Made by a program: the position numbers and the translations under genes. Of a stretch of 64,000 bases of DNA, positions 48,915 to 59,630 are shown piece after piece (within the stretch, counting starts at the first letter, position 1; every line of letters begins with the position of its first letter). Source of the stretch: Bradymonadia bacterium (GTDB lineage: Bacteria; Myxococcota_A; Bradymonadia; UBA7976; UBA1532); contig JBKAGE010000034.1 in the NCBI GenBank assembly GCA_046290225.1, positions 549,455 through 613,454 of the forward strand, in the 5' to 3' direction. Below the pieces are notes generated by a model. That model was given only the letters and a program-made list of their open reading frames with translations. It was not told the DNA's origin and ran no database searches.

Positions 48915-49547
48915 TCAGCTCTCTTCAGCAGGCGGGCTCGGCGATGGCGGCGGGGTCACGTGGCGCATCATCGCACGCCACAGAGGTTCTAGACCCTCGC
49001 CTGTGAGGGCGGACCATCCGATGATCTGCTTCGGGGTCAAACCGAGGCCTCGGGCGACGCGGTTGAGAGCCGGCTTGCGCTTGCTCGCTGACAGCTTGTC
49101 GAGCTTTGTGGCCACAGGCACCACAGCTCGTCCATAGAGGCTCGCCGCTTGGGTGAGCTGGACCTCCATCTCACCTGGATCCCGACGTACATCGACGAGC
49201 AGCAACAGCGCCCTCAGGCTCTCTCTCTGCTCGAGGTAGCCCTCCACCATGGGCCCCCAGGCCATCTTCACCGCCTCAGGTACCCGGGCGAAGCCATAGC
49301 CAGGCAAGTCACACAGGGTGAACGCGTCGTTCACCAGGAAGAAGTTGAGCAGCTGCGTGCGTCCGGGGGTGTTGCTCACCCGGGCGAGGCGTCGACGATT
49401 CACCACACCGTTGATCAGGCTGGACTTCCCCACATTGGAGCGTCCGGCGATGGCGATCTCCGGCAGATGCTCGGTCTCAGGAAAATCGCGTGGTTTGACG
49501 GCGCTCTTGATGAAGCTCACCGACTTGACGTGGGGATTCTCGGCCAT
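48915..49547 (-). CDS. engB: Ribosome biogenesis GTPase YihA/YsxC
   Basis: GRSNVGKSS, SNTPGRTQ, DLPGYG, TKLDK. Confidence 0.96.
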   Translation of the reverse strand: MAENPHVKSVSFIKSAVKPRDFPETEHLPEIAIAGRSNVGKSSLINGVVNRRRLARVSNTPGRTQLLNFFLVNDAFTLCDLPGYGFARVPEAVKMAWGPMVEGYLEQRESLRALLLLVDVRRDPGEMEVQLTQAASLYGRAVVPVATKLDKLSASKRKPALNRVARGLGLTPKQIIGWSALTGEGLEPLWRAMMRHVTPPPSPSPPAEES

Positions 49548-49561
49548 GCTCGGCCCTCCTA

Positions 49562-50437
49562 CTACAACGAGATCGCCAGAGCGCCGAGACACAGCGCAGC
49601 ACCGGCGAGGGTGGCGCGGCGCAGGGCGCCGTGGGCGTCGTCATCGAGGGCTACGACCACGGCGAGCAGCCCAGCCCCCCAGATCGTGCCTTCGAGGGGG
49701 CGCCACGGGATCCCCTGAGTCTGCACCATGAGCCACACCGGCGCCGCGGCGGCGAGCATCGCCCCCACCCGCACCAGGATCGCTCCGGGCAAAGGCAAAC
49801 GCGGCGTGAGGGCGATCAACACCCCAGCAACGCCAATCGCGCCCAACGTGGTCACACCGGGGGCGACGAAGGCCCACCCCGGCTCGGGCACGGTGAAGCT
49901 CACAGGCTGCCCATGATGGCCGCTGGCCAGAGCCGCCTCGAGGATGGCCTTCACCCCTTCGGTGTCAGCAGCGCCAGGGCCCGTGGCCTTGCTGATGAAG
50001 GCAAAGGCCGTCAGGGCCGCCAGCGAGGGGACGAGGGACACGCCCAGGGCGGGTGCGGGGGACAGGAAGCGACCCCTCGACCCCCACAGGGCCACGGCCA
50101 CAGCCACGCTCGCCACGACACCGGCCATCAGCAGCTCTCGAGCGCTGTCCACCGTCTGCGCCAGAGCGATCCAGCGGAACGCCCGCGGCGCGCCTACAGG
50201 GGTGAGCTCCACCACGGAGCCCACAGGCGGGCCTCCGGCAGAGGCGATGACCTGCACCTGATCTCCAGCCCAGCCACTAGGCGGCAACAGCCACCACGCG
50301 CCGGCGATGGCGGCGCCAGTGGCCAGCGCGATGCTGCCGGGCCATGGGGTCCATGAGCCCTTGGGTGATGGTATGCGCACGCCACCCATACACACGAGGA
50401 CAGCGCCGACGAGGGTCAACCAGGCGGGCCACATCAT
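49562..50437 (-). CDS. Polytopic membrane protein, possibly degenerate CcsA/ResC-like
   Basis: ~7-8 hydrophobic segments; VWLMVQTQGIPWRPLE at the position of the CcsA WWD motif; operon context. Confidence 0.55.
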   Translation of the reverse strand: MMWPAWLTLVGAVLVCMGGVRIPSPKGSWTPWPGSIALATGAAIAGAWWLLPPSGWAGDQVQVIASAGGPPVGSVVELTPVGAPRAFRWIALAQTVDSARELLMAGVVASVAVAVALWGSRGRFLSPAPALGVSLVPSLAALTAFAFISKATGPGAADTEGVKAILEAALASGHHGQPVSFTVPEPGWAFVAPGVTTLGAIGVAGVLIALTPRLPLPGAILVRVGAMLAAAAPVWLMVQTQGIPWRPLEGTIWGAGLLAVVVALDDDAHGALRRATLAGAALCLGALAISL

Positions 50438-51399
50438 GCCAGCGCCTCCTCACGCTTGAAGGCGAGCCCCACAGCGCACAGGAGCAATACCCAGCCTGCA
50501 GCGGCGAGGGTGTAGCCGGCGCCGGTGCGCTGCACGCCGAGGATCATCTTCGGTGTGCTCTGCAGTCGTTTCAGGGTGAGGGCCCAGGGGGTGACGCCCA
50601 CGCGACCGTCGAGATCCGGGTGCTCAAGGAACAACCACGTGACCTCACTGCGCTCCGTCTCTCCCTCGGACCAGTCCATCCGCACGCGGGCGGCAGCGCC
50701 CAGGCGATTCCCGTAGTCGGGGCTCACGCGTTCCACGGTGATCGTGACGCCCTCGGCGATGGTCTTGGTCCCCGGCGCTTGGAGCGTGATCTCAACGGGT
50801 TTGGCCTCTTCGGCCCCTCGCGGCTGCGCCAGCAGGGTGACCTGATCGACCTCGGTGCCGGGGGCCATCTCGTGCACCCAAAGACTCCACGGACCCACGG
50901 CGGTCAGCCCTCGACTGCCCACAGGGACAGAAGCAGAGCCGAGCACCTGAGATCCGAGGCCGAGGCGCAGCTCGATGTGGTCATCCCGGGTGGTGTACGC
51001 CAGTGGGCTCCCGAGGTGTACCGGCGCCTCCTGACCGTTCAGAGTGCGGGTGTACGCCTCAGTGGGGCGGCTGCCACCGACTTCGAGTACGCCGGCGCGG
51101 CCGCCGGCGGCATCGGCGCCGAGCAGAATCAGTGTGCTCCCGAGGGCCAGGGCCACCTGCGACCAGCGGCGAGCGCCTGTCTCCCGGGTGGCGCGGGCGA
51201 GGCCACACGACATCCAGAGGACCAGCGCGAACTGAGCCATCGGCCCCGTCGCCGGGTGCTGGCCGACGTCACAGCCCACGCCGATGAGGGCGGTGAGCAA
51301 AACGGCGATGCCGGAGATCCAGGGCGTCCAGGGGCTCGCCAACATGGCGAACATGGCTCTGGAGAAGTCCTCAAATGCGGCGCCGAGGCCGTCGTTCAT
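50434..51399 (-). CDS. Membrane protein with periplasmic domain, ResB/CcsB-like architecture
   Basis: Three N-terminal TM segments, large beta-rich soluble region, single C-terminal TM preceded by LGVQRTGAG. Confidence 0.55.
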   Translation of the reverse strand: MNDGLGAAFEDFSRAMFAMLASPWTPWISGIAVLLTALIGVGCDVGQHPATGPMAQFALVLWMSCGLARATRETGARRWSQVALALGSTLILLGADAAGGRAGVLEVGGSRPTEAYTRTLNGQEAPVHLGSPLAYTTRDDHIELRLGLGSQVLGSASVPVGSRGLTAVGPWSLWVHEMAPGTEVDQVTLLAQPRGAEEAKPVEITLQAPGTKTIAEGVTITVERVSPDYGNRLGAAARVRMDWSEGETERSEVTWLFLEHPDLDGRVGVTPWALTLKRLQSTPKMILGVQRTGAGYTLAAAGWVLLLCAVGLAFKREEALA

Positions 51400-51893
51400 G
51401 GCCTTTGCTTTCCTTGAGCAGGTGGATGGATGACGGCCTTGAGCGCCGTCTTGAAATCGAAAGCCCTCAGGCTGGGGCTTTCTGCGGTGTGGCACCGACC
51501 ACAAATCTCAGGGCTGTTGCCTGCCCGCAAGCCCACGGCGCGAGCCAGCTCCGTATCTCGCATGACGTGCTCGGGCCAGTAGTGAGCCCCAGGGCCATGA
51601 CACGACTCACACTGCACGCCCACGTGACCGCCCTGAGCATCCGTGGCATGGCAGCCAGTACACGCAGGATCTCGACGCTGTGTGCCGGTGAGGCGGGCAA
51701 AAGCTCTGGCGTGAGGTGTGCGGCGCCAGTGGGCATATTGATTGGGATGGCACGTCTTGCAGTTGCCCGAGCCCACGTACTCGTCGGCGATGGCCGCAGA
51801 GCCCCACAGCATGCTCGCAGCACACAGGATCATCCCCCACCTCATCGGGCTGCGGAGATCGTGCCTGACCAGTCCTGGCAATTCAGCGCGCAT
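51396..51893 (-). CDS. Tetraheme c-type cytochrome (cytochrome c554-like)
   Basis: Signal peptide; YVGSGNCKTCH, CTGCH, CESCHGPG, CGRCH. Start may be 51845. Confidence 0.88.
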   Translation of the reverse strand: MRAELPGLVRHDLRSPMRWGMILCAASMLWGSAAIADEYVGSGNCKTCHPNQYAHWRRTPHARAFARLTGTQRRDPACTGCHATDAQGGHVGVQCESCHGPGAHYWPEHVMRDTELARAVGLRAGNSPEICGRCHTAESPSLRAFDFKTALKAVIHPPAQGKQRP

Positions 51894-51966
51894 CGACCGG
51901 GGGATATAGCATGATGGCGCCGAAGAGGATATTCCCAGCTGCCCTCCCCCGGTGTATCGTCCCTCC

Positions 51967-52572
51967 ATGGTCATAGGTCTCACGGGTGGCATCGCCTGCG
52001 GCAAGAGCACGGTCTCTCGGCTGCTGGCCGAGAAAGGCGCGCGCATCGTCGACGCCGACGCAGTGGCGCGCCTCGTCGTGGCGCCGGGCAGCGAGGGTCT
52101 GAGCGCGGTGGTCGATACCTTCGGTGAGGGTGTACTCGAAATCGACGGCACGCTGAACCGAGCGGCCCTCGGCGCCATCGTCTTCGACGATGACACAGCC
52201 CGTGGTCGACTCGATGGCATCCTGCACCCGCTCATCGCCGCCGAGAGCATGCGCCAGCTCGCCGAAGCCATGGCCGCAGAGCCCCCTCTTGTGGTGTACG
52301 ACGCGCCTCTGCTCGTAGAGGTTGGCCGGGCTGACCAATTTCGACCGCTGGTGGTGGTCACCGCCCGCCCGGAGACCCAGCTGGCACGCATCATGGCCCG
52401 AGACGGCCTCGACGCCGACGCCGCCAGGGCCCGGATCGCCGCTCAGATGCCCATCGCCGAGAAGGCCGCCCTCGCCGATCACGTCATCGACAATGACGGG
52501 GCGCCGGCGCTCACCGCCGCTCAGGTCGACGCCCTGTGGCGCAGCCTCACCCAGACAACGGAACCTCAATGA
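51967..52572 (+). CDS. coaE: Dephospho-CoA kinase
   Basis: IGLTGGIACGKSTV, DAD, HPLI, DAPLLVE, RI.AQM. Confidence 0.96.
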   Translation: MVIGLTGGIACGKSTVSRLLAEKGARIVDADAVARLVVAPGSEGLSAVVDTFGEGVLEIDGTLNRAALGAIVFDDDTARGRLDGILHPLIAAESMRQLAEAMAAEPPLVVYDAPLLVEVGRADQFRPLVVVTARPETQLARIMARDGLDADAARARIAAQMPIAEKAALADHVIDNDGAPALTAAQVDALWRSLTQTTEPQ

Positions 52573-53633
52573 GCGACAGAACGACCGCCCACCCACTGGT
52601 GATCGGCTTCCCCGGCGTGCTCGCCCAATCTCTGATCACCCATCGTCTGCGTCACAGTACTGATGCCGTCACAGCGCTGGTGCCCTCCGACGCCGAGGCG
52701 GAGTGGACGGCGTTCATCGACGAGCTGACCGCAGCCCAGCGTGCGCGGGTGAGAGCGCTCACCGGGCGCCTCGAGGCAGAGGACCTCGGCCTCACCGGGC
52801 CTCAAATCAGCAATGTGCTCGCCGAATGCACTCACGTGGTGCACGCCGATCTGACCACCGAGGGCAACCGCGACACCTTGTGGCGGCTGCACGTCAAGCC
52901 TTTGAGGGGCCTGATGCGCATCGCTCGGGACATGAAACAACTTGAGCGGCTGACCATCATCTCCACTGCCTTCGTGAGCGGAGATCGCACCGGGGTGATC
53001 TACGAGGAAGATCTCGACCGGGGTCAGGGCTTCCGCTCGCCCTTCGAGTGGTCGATGTGCCAGGCGGAGCGCATGGCTCGGGAGATGATGCCCTGGATCC
53101 CGATCACCGTGCTGCGCCCTTCGGCCATCCTCAACACCGAGGTGCAGGGTGCCGCCCGTGATCTCGACCTCGGCCCGCGTTACCTGCTCGACTTGATGGT
53201 CCGGTTGCCCCAGGAGATCCCCGTGGTGCTTCCCGGAGGTGCGAGGCTGCCGCTCAACCTCGTGCCCCTCGCCTACGTGGTCCAGTCGATTTGGGCCCTC
53301 ACCATGGCCCCAGAGGCCCGAGGACGCACCTTCCACATCACTGATCCCAACCCCATGAGCGCACAGCAGGTCTTCGAGATCCTGAGCGATGTCACCCACC
53401 GACCCAGGCCGGTGACCACGCCCGGGCTGCCGGGGGTCATGCAGAAGTTCATGTCGCTGCCCGGGTTGCCCGCGGCGGCACGGAACCCCAGAGCTCTGCT
53501 GTCCTCCCTGGGCCGGGAGGTGGTCTACAACTGCGCAGGCGCTCTCGATTTACTCACGCTCGAAGGCATCCCCTGCCCGCCCTTCGAGAGCTATGTGGAC
53601 GATCTCTGCGCGTGGGCTGCCGATGCCCGGTGA
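52569..53633 (+). CDS. Extended SDR / thioester-reductase-like protein, catalytically degenerate
   Basis: GFPG, DLGL, ISTAFVSGDRTG..YEEDL, LRPS, NLVP..YV, TFHITDP. Confidence 0.8.
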   Translation: MSDRTTAHPLVIGFPGVLAQSLITHRLRHSTDAVTALVPSDAEAEWTAFIDELTAAQRARVRALTGRLEAEDLGLTGPQISNVLAECTHVVHADLTTEGNRDTLWRLHVKPLRGLMRIARDMKQLERLTIISTAFVSGDRTGVIYEEDLDRGQGFRSPFEWSMCQAERMAREMMPWIPITVLRPSAILNTEVQGAARDLDLGPRYLLDLMVRLPQEIPVVLPGGARLPLNLVPLAYVVQSIWALTMAPEARGRTFHITDPNPMSAQQVFEILSDVTHRPRPVTTPGLPGVMQKFMSLPGLPAAARNPRALLSSLGREVVYNCAGALDLLTLEGIPCPPFESYVDDLCAWAADAR

Positions 53634-54405
53634 GTCTTCGAGTGCAGGATCTCGAGGGTCGATGCAATTCACCATCCCCCGAGATCTGCCCATTCGGTAT
53701 GCCGGGGCCGCCCGGGACTTCAACCCGATTCACTTGTTCCCCGAAGACGCACAGGCTGCCGGTTTCGACCGACCCGTCCTGCACGGTATGTGCGTACTCG
53801 GCTGGGTGGCCGGCGCCCTCGAAGAGGCGGCAGGCCGGCCCCTGACCGCCCTGCATGCCCGCTTCGCCGCTCCAGCACAGGTGGGTGACACTGTGCACGT
53901 ACAGCCGGAGCCTCAAGCAGAACACTGGACCGCTACGGTCACTGACACCTCGGGGCGCACCTTGCTCAAGCAAATCAGGGGTGACTTCGATGCTCAGCCC
54001 CTGCCCACCGAGTTCCCAGATGCTGGGCAACCTCGGCGGCAGCACCAGGCCATCATCAGCGCCAGCAAAATCAGAGAGCTGAGAGATGCGTTGGGTCTTG
54101 AGGGCTCAGAGGGCCTCGCCCCGACGACCTTCGCCGCTGTGGCCTGTCAGCGCACAGTCTTCGCCCTGCTCGACAGCCCCGAGGTGGGTTTGGGGATCCA
54201 CGGCTCTATTCACACTGCGCAGAAACTCTACCTTGCCGCCCCCATCACCGCGGGGCAGGCGATCACGGTGACCGCTGCCATTCAGGACGACGTCACCCGC
54301 CGGGGGCTGAGGCGGGCCACAGTGCGCAGCCGCATCGAGGCCGGCCACGGCGTGGGAGGGGCGCTGATGTGTGTCGCCGACTGGGTGCTGACCCGACGCG
54401 TGTGA
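53623..54405 (+). CDS. MaoC-like double hot-dog dehydratase
   Basis: YAGAARDFNPIH...HGM, RFAAP..GD; second hot-dog half; start uncertain. Confidence 0.75.
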   Translation: MPGESSSAGSRGSMQFTIPRDLPIRYAGAARDFNPIHLFPEDAQAAGFDRPVLHGMCVLGWVAGALEEAAGRPLTALHARFAAPAQVGDTVHVQPEPQAEHWTATVTDTSGRTLLKQIRGDFDAQPLPTEFPDAGQPRRQHQAIISASKIRELRDALGLEGSEGLAPTTFAAVACQRTVFALLDSPEVGLGIHGSIHTAQKLYLAAPITAGQAITVTAAIQDDVTRRGLRRATVRSRIEAGHGVGGALMCVADWVLTRRV

Positions 54406-54426
54406 GTTTGAGCACCCTGCCAGACT

Positions 54427-55617
54427 TCAGTTACGCAGCTTGAGGCGCAGCGCGTTGAGGCGGATGAAGCCCTCAGCGTCCTTCTGATCGTAGTTCTGCT
54501 TCATGTCTTCGAAGCTGGCGATGTCGGGGCGGTAGAGGCTGTTCTCCGACTTTCGGCCGACGATCTGCACCGAGCCCTTGTAGAGCTTGAGCCGGGCGAC
54601 ACCACTCACGGGCTTCTGAAGCTCGTCCATGGCAGCCTGCAACACCTCGCGATCAGGAGAGAACCAGAAGCCGTTGTAGACCAGGGCGGCGTACTTGGGC
54701 ACCTGAGCGTCACGCCAGTGCAGGACCTCGCGATCGAGGGTGAGCTGCTCCACGGCCTTGTGGGCGTGGAACAGCAGCGTGCCACCAGGGGTCTCGTACA
54801 CCCCACGGGACTTCATGCCCACGAAGCGGTTCTCCACGATGTCAACCCGACCCACACCATTGCGACCGGCGATGGCGTTGGCCTCAGTGAGCAGATCGAC
54901 AGGGCTCATGCGCACACCGTTGATGGCCACGGCGTCACCAGCCTCATACTCCACCTCGACGTACTCGGGCTGATCCGGGGCATCCTGAGGATCGACGGAG
55001 AGCAGGAACATGTCCTTCTCGGCCTCGAACCACGGATCCTCCAGCACACCGCCCTCGTAGCTGCAGTGCAGCAGGTTGCGATCCATGCTGTAGGGCTTCT
55101 CTGCAGTGGCGGTCACGGGGATGTTGTGGGCTTTGCAGTAGTCGATGAGGGCAATTCGGCCGTCGAACTCCCAATCGCGCCAGGGAGCCAGGATCGTGAT
55201 GCCGGGCATGAGAGCGTGGTAGGTCAGCTCGAAGCGCACCTGATCATTGCCCTTGCCAGTGGCACCATGAGAGACCGCATCAGCCCCCTCTTCACGGGCG
55301 ATGTCGATCTGGTGCTTGGCGATGAGCGGCCGAGCCAGGGAGGTGCCCAGCAGGTAGTAGCCCTCGTAGATCGCAGCGGCCCGCAGCGCCGGCCAGACAT
55401 AGTCCTGGGCGAACTCCGCCTTGAGATCTTTGATGAAGATCTTGCTGGCCCCTGTGGCAATGGCCTTCTCGTTGAGGGGATCGAGCTCCTCACCCTGGCC
55501 GAGATCTGCAGCGTAGGCCACCACCTCGCAGCCATACTCTTCGATAAGCCACCGAACGATGACGCTGGTGTCGAGGCCACCGGAGTACGCCAGCACCACC
55601 TTCTTTACATCAGACAT
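54427..55617 (-). CDS. argG: Argininosuccinate synthase
   Basis: [36 protein letters not shown]. Confidence 0.98.
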   Translation of the reverse strand: MSDVKKVVLAYSGGLDTSVIVRWLIEEYGCEVVAYAADLGQGEELDPLNEKAIATGASKIFIKDLKAEFAQDYVWPALRAAAIYEGYYLLGTSLARPLIAKHQIDIAREEGADAVSHGATGKGNDQVRFELTYHALMPGITILAPWRDWEFDGRIALIDYCKAHNIPVTATAEKPYSMDRNLLHCSYEGGVLEDPWFEAEKDMFLLSVDPQDAPDQPEYVEVEYEAGDAVAINGVRMSPVDLLTEANAIAGRNGVGRVDIVENRFVGMKSRGVYETPGGTLLFHAHKAVEQLTLDREVLHWRDAQVPKYAALVYNGFWFSPDREVLQAAMDELQKPVSGVARLKLYKGSVQIVGRKSENSLYRPDIASFEDMKQNYDQKDAEGFIRLNALRLKLRN

Positions 55618-55686
55618 TTCACCACGCTCCTCTCACGTAGGGGACGCCCTCTCATGGAGCGTCCGGTACCACCGTGGGGGCGGGTT

Positions 55687-57666
55687 CTACCCGATGACGT
55701 TGAGATCTACCAGCTGAACGAGCAGTCGGGTGGCTTCGAGCTCCGACATGCCGGAGATGGCGATGATGTCCTCGTAGGGCGTGAGGCCATCTGCCTGGCT
55801 GAAGAGGAAGCCCGCGCGGTGATCCATGGACTGCCAGATGATCTGGTCCGGGCCCATCAAGACCTTGGGGCAATGATCGAGGGGACCCAGGCGCACCTTG
55901 AACACCGCCTGAAGTTGATCAGCATGCTCGGTGAGGTACCGCTCCGCTCGTGGATGCCCGGGGCACTGCATCAACAATCGGTCAGCCAGCTCAAGGGCCC
56001 CGGAGAAGTCGCCCGCAGCGTGCAAGGCATCCATTTGCTGGGCCATGACGTTGAGCGCCTCGGCGGAGCCGGGCTCGGGTGAGGCGGCGCCACCATTGAC
56101 ACCGTTGACACCATTCAGGTGCACCCCAGGAGGGCTCTGTTCCAAAGGCAGCTCGAGGGGCAGCTCGCTGGCGGAGCCAGTGACACCGGAGGGCAGCTCA
56201 TCGACATCGACAACCGCCAGGGGCTCTGGTGCAGGGGGCGGCTCCACAAGAGCTCGGGAGCGGTCCTGGGCGCCGGCAGAGATGTCGGCGATGACGTCAG
56301 TGGGCCCGCTGTCTTCTCCGCTGAGACCTTGAGTGTTGGCCTTGATCCCAAAGGGGCCATCGAGGGTCTGATGCACCTCGCTGGAGCCCGGGGAAGGCGT
56401 CCTGGGCAAAATATTGGCCCACGCTGTGTCCACGAAGGGATCGTCGACGCTGCCCTCCCCTGGCCCCTCCACAGCGGCGGGTGCAAAGAGCGCAGAGAGT
56501 TCGTCGGTGGTGTCCACGATGGGCTCGGGCTCCTCGGGCATCTGGCCCATGGGGGTCGGACCTGCCCCTTCCCATTCCACCTCTCCCCAGGCCACCTCTT
56601 CACCGCGGGCACCGGGTTGACCATTGCCCTGAAGATCACCAAGGGCAGCTGCGGTCACGGCATCGGCGGGTGCAGGGGTGCTGGCCATGGAGCCACCTGC
56701 CTGGCCATACTCGATCTCCACCTGACCCCAAACGGAGTCTTCGGGGACCTCGTCGGCACTCGACGGCGCGGCAGCTTGTGCTGGGGCGCCCTGTGGTGGG
56801 GCAACCTGTGCTGGGGCGACCTGCGCTGGGGCCAGCGCCTCCGGAGCAGCAGGTGGAGGTGGCGGCACAACCTCAACATCTTCTGCCGCCATGGGCGTGG
56901 CAAACTCAGCAGCCGGCCGGCTCATCGGATCCGAGATCGTCTCGGGGATCTGAATGTCGAGGGACTCCTCGTCACTCTGGTCGAGCATGGCCGACCAGTC
57001 GAGAGACTCGAACTCTGCCTCGGTCTCGATGATGCCCAGAGCAGGCTCGGCCAGGGGTTCTGACGCTGAGGCTTCATCAACCTCTACAGCGATCTCCTCA
57101 GAGGGCGACTGCTGATCATCTGAAGCGTGCTCGAGCGCATCTTCCGCGCTCTGCTCTTCGCCAGAATCCTGGTCAGGCTCGACGTCTGCAACCTCCACCA
57201 CGGAGGGTTCTTTCTCGACAGAGCCGCCTTCAGCAGAGGCACTTGCTTCTGCAGCGCCCTCCACAGCCTCGACACCAGCGGCCTCCACGATCTCTGGGGG
57301 CGCTTCTGATGCCGCTTCAGGCAGTGCCGCTTCTGGCAGTGCCTCTTCTGGCAGTGCTGCGCCCTCAGAGTGCTGGGTCGTGAGAGAAGGCGTCGGTTGG
57401 GCGCCGATCTCTTCGACCTCCTGAGCAGAGACTTCAGCAGGTTGCTCGCCACCTTGCTGGCTCGCAGCATAGCGTTCCAACAAGGTATCGACGCTCACCT
57501 TGAAGTGGCTCTCGATGAACTTGAGGTATTCGATGGCCGCGGCGTTCGTCGGATCGAGCGCCAGCGCCTCCTTCCAGCGAAGGAGCGCCCGCTCAAGCTC
57601 GCCTTGGCTGTACAGGGCGGCGCCCTCTTTGACGAGGGCCTCAGCCTTGACATCGGTTGAAGTCAT
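55687..57666 (-). CDS. Hypothetical: N-terminal TPR, long acidic Pro/Ala linker, C-terminal TPR plus winged-helix-like domain
   Basis: ALLRWKEALALDPTNAAA; low-complexity acidic middle; DHRAGFLFSQADG...ISGMSELEATRLL. Confidence 0.75.
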   Translation of the reverse strand: MTSTDVKAEALVKEGAALYSQGELERALLRWKEALALDPTNAAAIEYLKFIESHFKVSVDTLLERYAASQQGGEQPAEVSAQEVEEIGAQPTPSLTTQHSEGAALPEEALPEAALPEAASEAPPEIVEAAGVEAVEGAAEASASAEGGSVEKEPSVVEVADVEPDQDSGEEQSAEDALEHASDDQQSPSEEIAVEVDEASASEPLAEPALGIIETEAEFESLDWSAMLDQSDEESLDIQIPETISDPMSRPAAEFATPMAAEDVEVVPPPPPAAPEALAPAQVAPAQVAPPQGAPAQAAAPSSADEVPEDSVWGQVEIEYGQAGGSMASTPAPADAVTAAALGDLQGNGQPGARGEEVAWGEVEWEGAGPTPMGQMPEEPEPIVDTTDELSALFAPAAVEGPGEGSVDDPFVDTAWANILPRTPSPGSSEVHQTLDGPFGIKANTQGLSGEDSGPTDVIADISAGAQDRSRALVEPPPAPEPLAVVDVDELPSGVTGSASELPLELPLEQSPPGVHLNGVNGVNGGAASPEPGSAEALNVMAQQMDALHAAGDFSGALELADRLLMQCPGHPRAERYLTEHADQLQAVFKVRLGPLDHCPKVLMGPDQIIWQSMDHRAGFLFSQADGLTPYEDIIAISGMSELEATRLLVQLVDLNVIG

Positions 57667-57695
57667 GGAAGCAACATCCTCGGGCACAACCACCC

Positions 57696-59513
57696 TCAGC
57701 CGACCCTCTGGACGACCCCTTTGAGCATATTGAGTGTCTTGGACAACGCATCACCGGCGGATCCCAGTGCCTCAGCGTCACCGTGAGCGAGGGCGTGGCG
57801 CGCTTGCCGAAGCACGCCTTCAGCCTTTCGGATCGCCTCCTCGCCGTAGTCGACCCCTGCGAGGATCTCACAGGCCCGAGGGAACACTTTGTCTACCTCG
57901 CCGAGGCTGCGCTGTACCTGATTGCGCAGCTTCTCCTGCTCCTCGGTGGCCCGGGCCTGAACCAGGTACTCCTGGTTCTCGGCCGCCATACGCTTGATCT
58001 CTTCTTCGGTGAGGCCTGAAGTGGCTGCCACGGTGATGGCCTGCTGCTGACCCGTCTCCAGATCTTTGGCGCTCACCGAGACGATGCCATCGGCGTTGAT
58101 CTCGAAGGTGATCTCGATCTCAACCTCACCCTTCGGTGCTGGCCGGAGACCCGTGAGGATGAACTCGCCGAGAAGCTCGTTCTCCTCTGCACGCTCGCTC
58201 TCACCCTGAAGCACCAGGATCTTCACCGAGGTCTGGTAGTCCCTCACCGTGGTGAAGATGTGACTCTTGGACGTCGGCACCGTGGTGTTCTGAGGAATGA
58301 GCACGCTGAAGAAGCCGCCCACGACCATGATGCCCAGGGAGTGAGGCGTCACGTCGAGCAGCAGCACGTCCCGCTTGTCATCTTGCAGCGCCGCCCCCTG
58401 AATGGCGGCACCGAGGGCCACCACTTCGTCAGGGTGCACCCCCTTCATCGGATCCATGCCAAAGAGCTCTTTGACCTTCTGTTGGATCAAAGGCATCCGA
58501 GTCATGCCCCCAACGAGAAGCACACCATCGATGTCTTCACCGGCATCGTTGGCGGCCTTCTCGCAGATGCGCACAGTACGCTCCACGAGATCGAGGGTCA
58601 GCTCTTCGAGACGGCTGCGGGTGAGGGTCTTTTGCAAGTGAAGCGCATCACGCCCCCCCGTGGAGATGATGAACGGCAGGTTGATGCCCGCCTCAGTGGC
58701 CGTCGACAGCTCGCACTTGGCCTTCTCGGCGGCGTCACGCAGACGCTGCAAAGCCATCTTGTCCTGGCGCAGATCGATGTTGTGCTCACGCTGAAAGTCA
58801 GCGACCAGCCAGTCCATGATGATGCGGTTGTCGAAATCCTGGCCGCCGAGGAAGGTGTCCCCTGCGGTGGCGAGGACCTCGAAGACGCCGTCGTGGATTT
58901 GCAGAATGGAGATGTCGAAGGTGCCACCACCGAGATCGTAGACGGCGAGCACCCCCTCTACTTCGCGGCCATACCCGTAAGCCAGGGCAGCGGCGGTGGG
59001 CTCGTTGATGATGCGCACCACGTCGAGGCCAGAGATGCGGCCAGCATCCTTGGTGGCTTGTCGCTGACTGTCGTTGAAGTAGGCAGGCACCGTGATGACT
59101 GCCTTCTCGATGACGTCACCGGTGTATTGCTCGGCGATGAGCTTCATCTCTTGCAGGATGATGCTGGAGATCTCGGGTACGGAATACACCCGGTCCCGCA
59201 ACTGAATGCGCGGATCTCCATGAGGCCCTTCGACGACGTCGTAGGTCACCGACTCGGTGATGCGGCTCACCTGGGGGCTTTCGAACTTGCGCCCCATGAG
59301 GCGCTTGGCGCCGTGAACCGTGTGTACGGCGTTGGTCACCGCCTGGCGCTTGGCGATATGGCCCACCAAACGGCGGCCATTCTCGGCGACGGCCACCACC
59401 GAAGGGGTAATGCGATATCCGCCCTTGTTGGGCAAAACCACAGGTGTGCCATCTTCCACCAAGGCAACGCAGGAGTTGGTCGTACCCAGGTCGATGCCGA
59501 TGATTCTTTCCAT
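57696..59513 (-). CDS. dnaK: Hsp70/DnaK paralog
   Basis: [55 protein letters not shown]; short C-terminus; no grpE/hrcA adjacent. Confidence 0.95.
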   Translation of the reverse strand: MERIIGIDLGTTNSCVALVEDGTPVVLPNKGGYRITPSVVAVAENGRRLVGHIAKRQAVTNAVHTVHGAKRLMGRKFESPQVSRITESVTYDVVEGPHGDPRIQLRDRVYSVPEISSIILQEMKLIAEQYTGDVIEKAVITVPAYFNDSQRQATKDAGRISGLDVVRIINEPTAAALAYGYGREVEGVLAVYDLGGGTFDISILQIHDGVFEVLATAGDTFLGGQDFDNRIIMDWLVADFQREHNIDLRQDKMALQRLRDAAEKAKCELSTATEAGINLPFIISTGGRDALHLQKTLTRSRLEELTLDLVERTVRICEKAANDAGEDIDGVLLVGGMTRMPLIQQKVKELFGMDPMKGVHPDEVVALGAAIQGAALQDDKRDVLLLDVTPHSLGIMVVGGFFSVLIPQNTTVPTSKSHIFTTVRDYQTSVKILVLQGESERAEENELLGEFILTGLRPAPKGEVEIEITFEINADGIVSVSAKDLETGQQQAITVAATSGLTEEEIKRMAAENQEYLVQARATEEQEKLRNQVQRSLGEVDKVFPRACEILAGVDYGEEAIRKAEGVLRQARHALAHGDAEALGSAGDALSKTLNMLKGVVQRVG

Positions 59514-59630
59514 GGGCCCGGTCATCCCCTCAGCTTGATTGGTGCTGTCTTGAATGGTGTTGTCATCAAACGTAATGCTGAACATTTCGGATGAGGTGCT
59601 TGTCGAAACCACCTCACATCAAGTGTTGTA

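Noticed and set aside
51894..52394. N-terminal extension of the 332-aa cytochrome ORF
   Set aside because: Antisense to coaE; the signal peptide indicates a start at 51893 or 51845.
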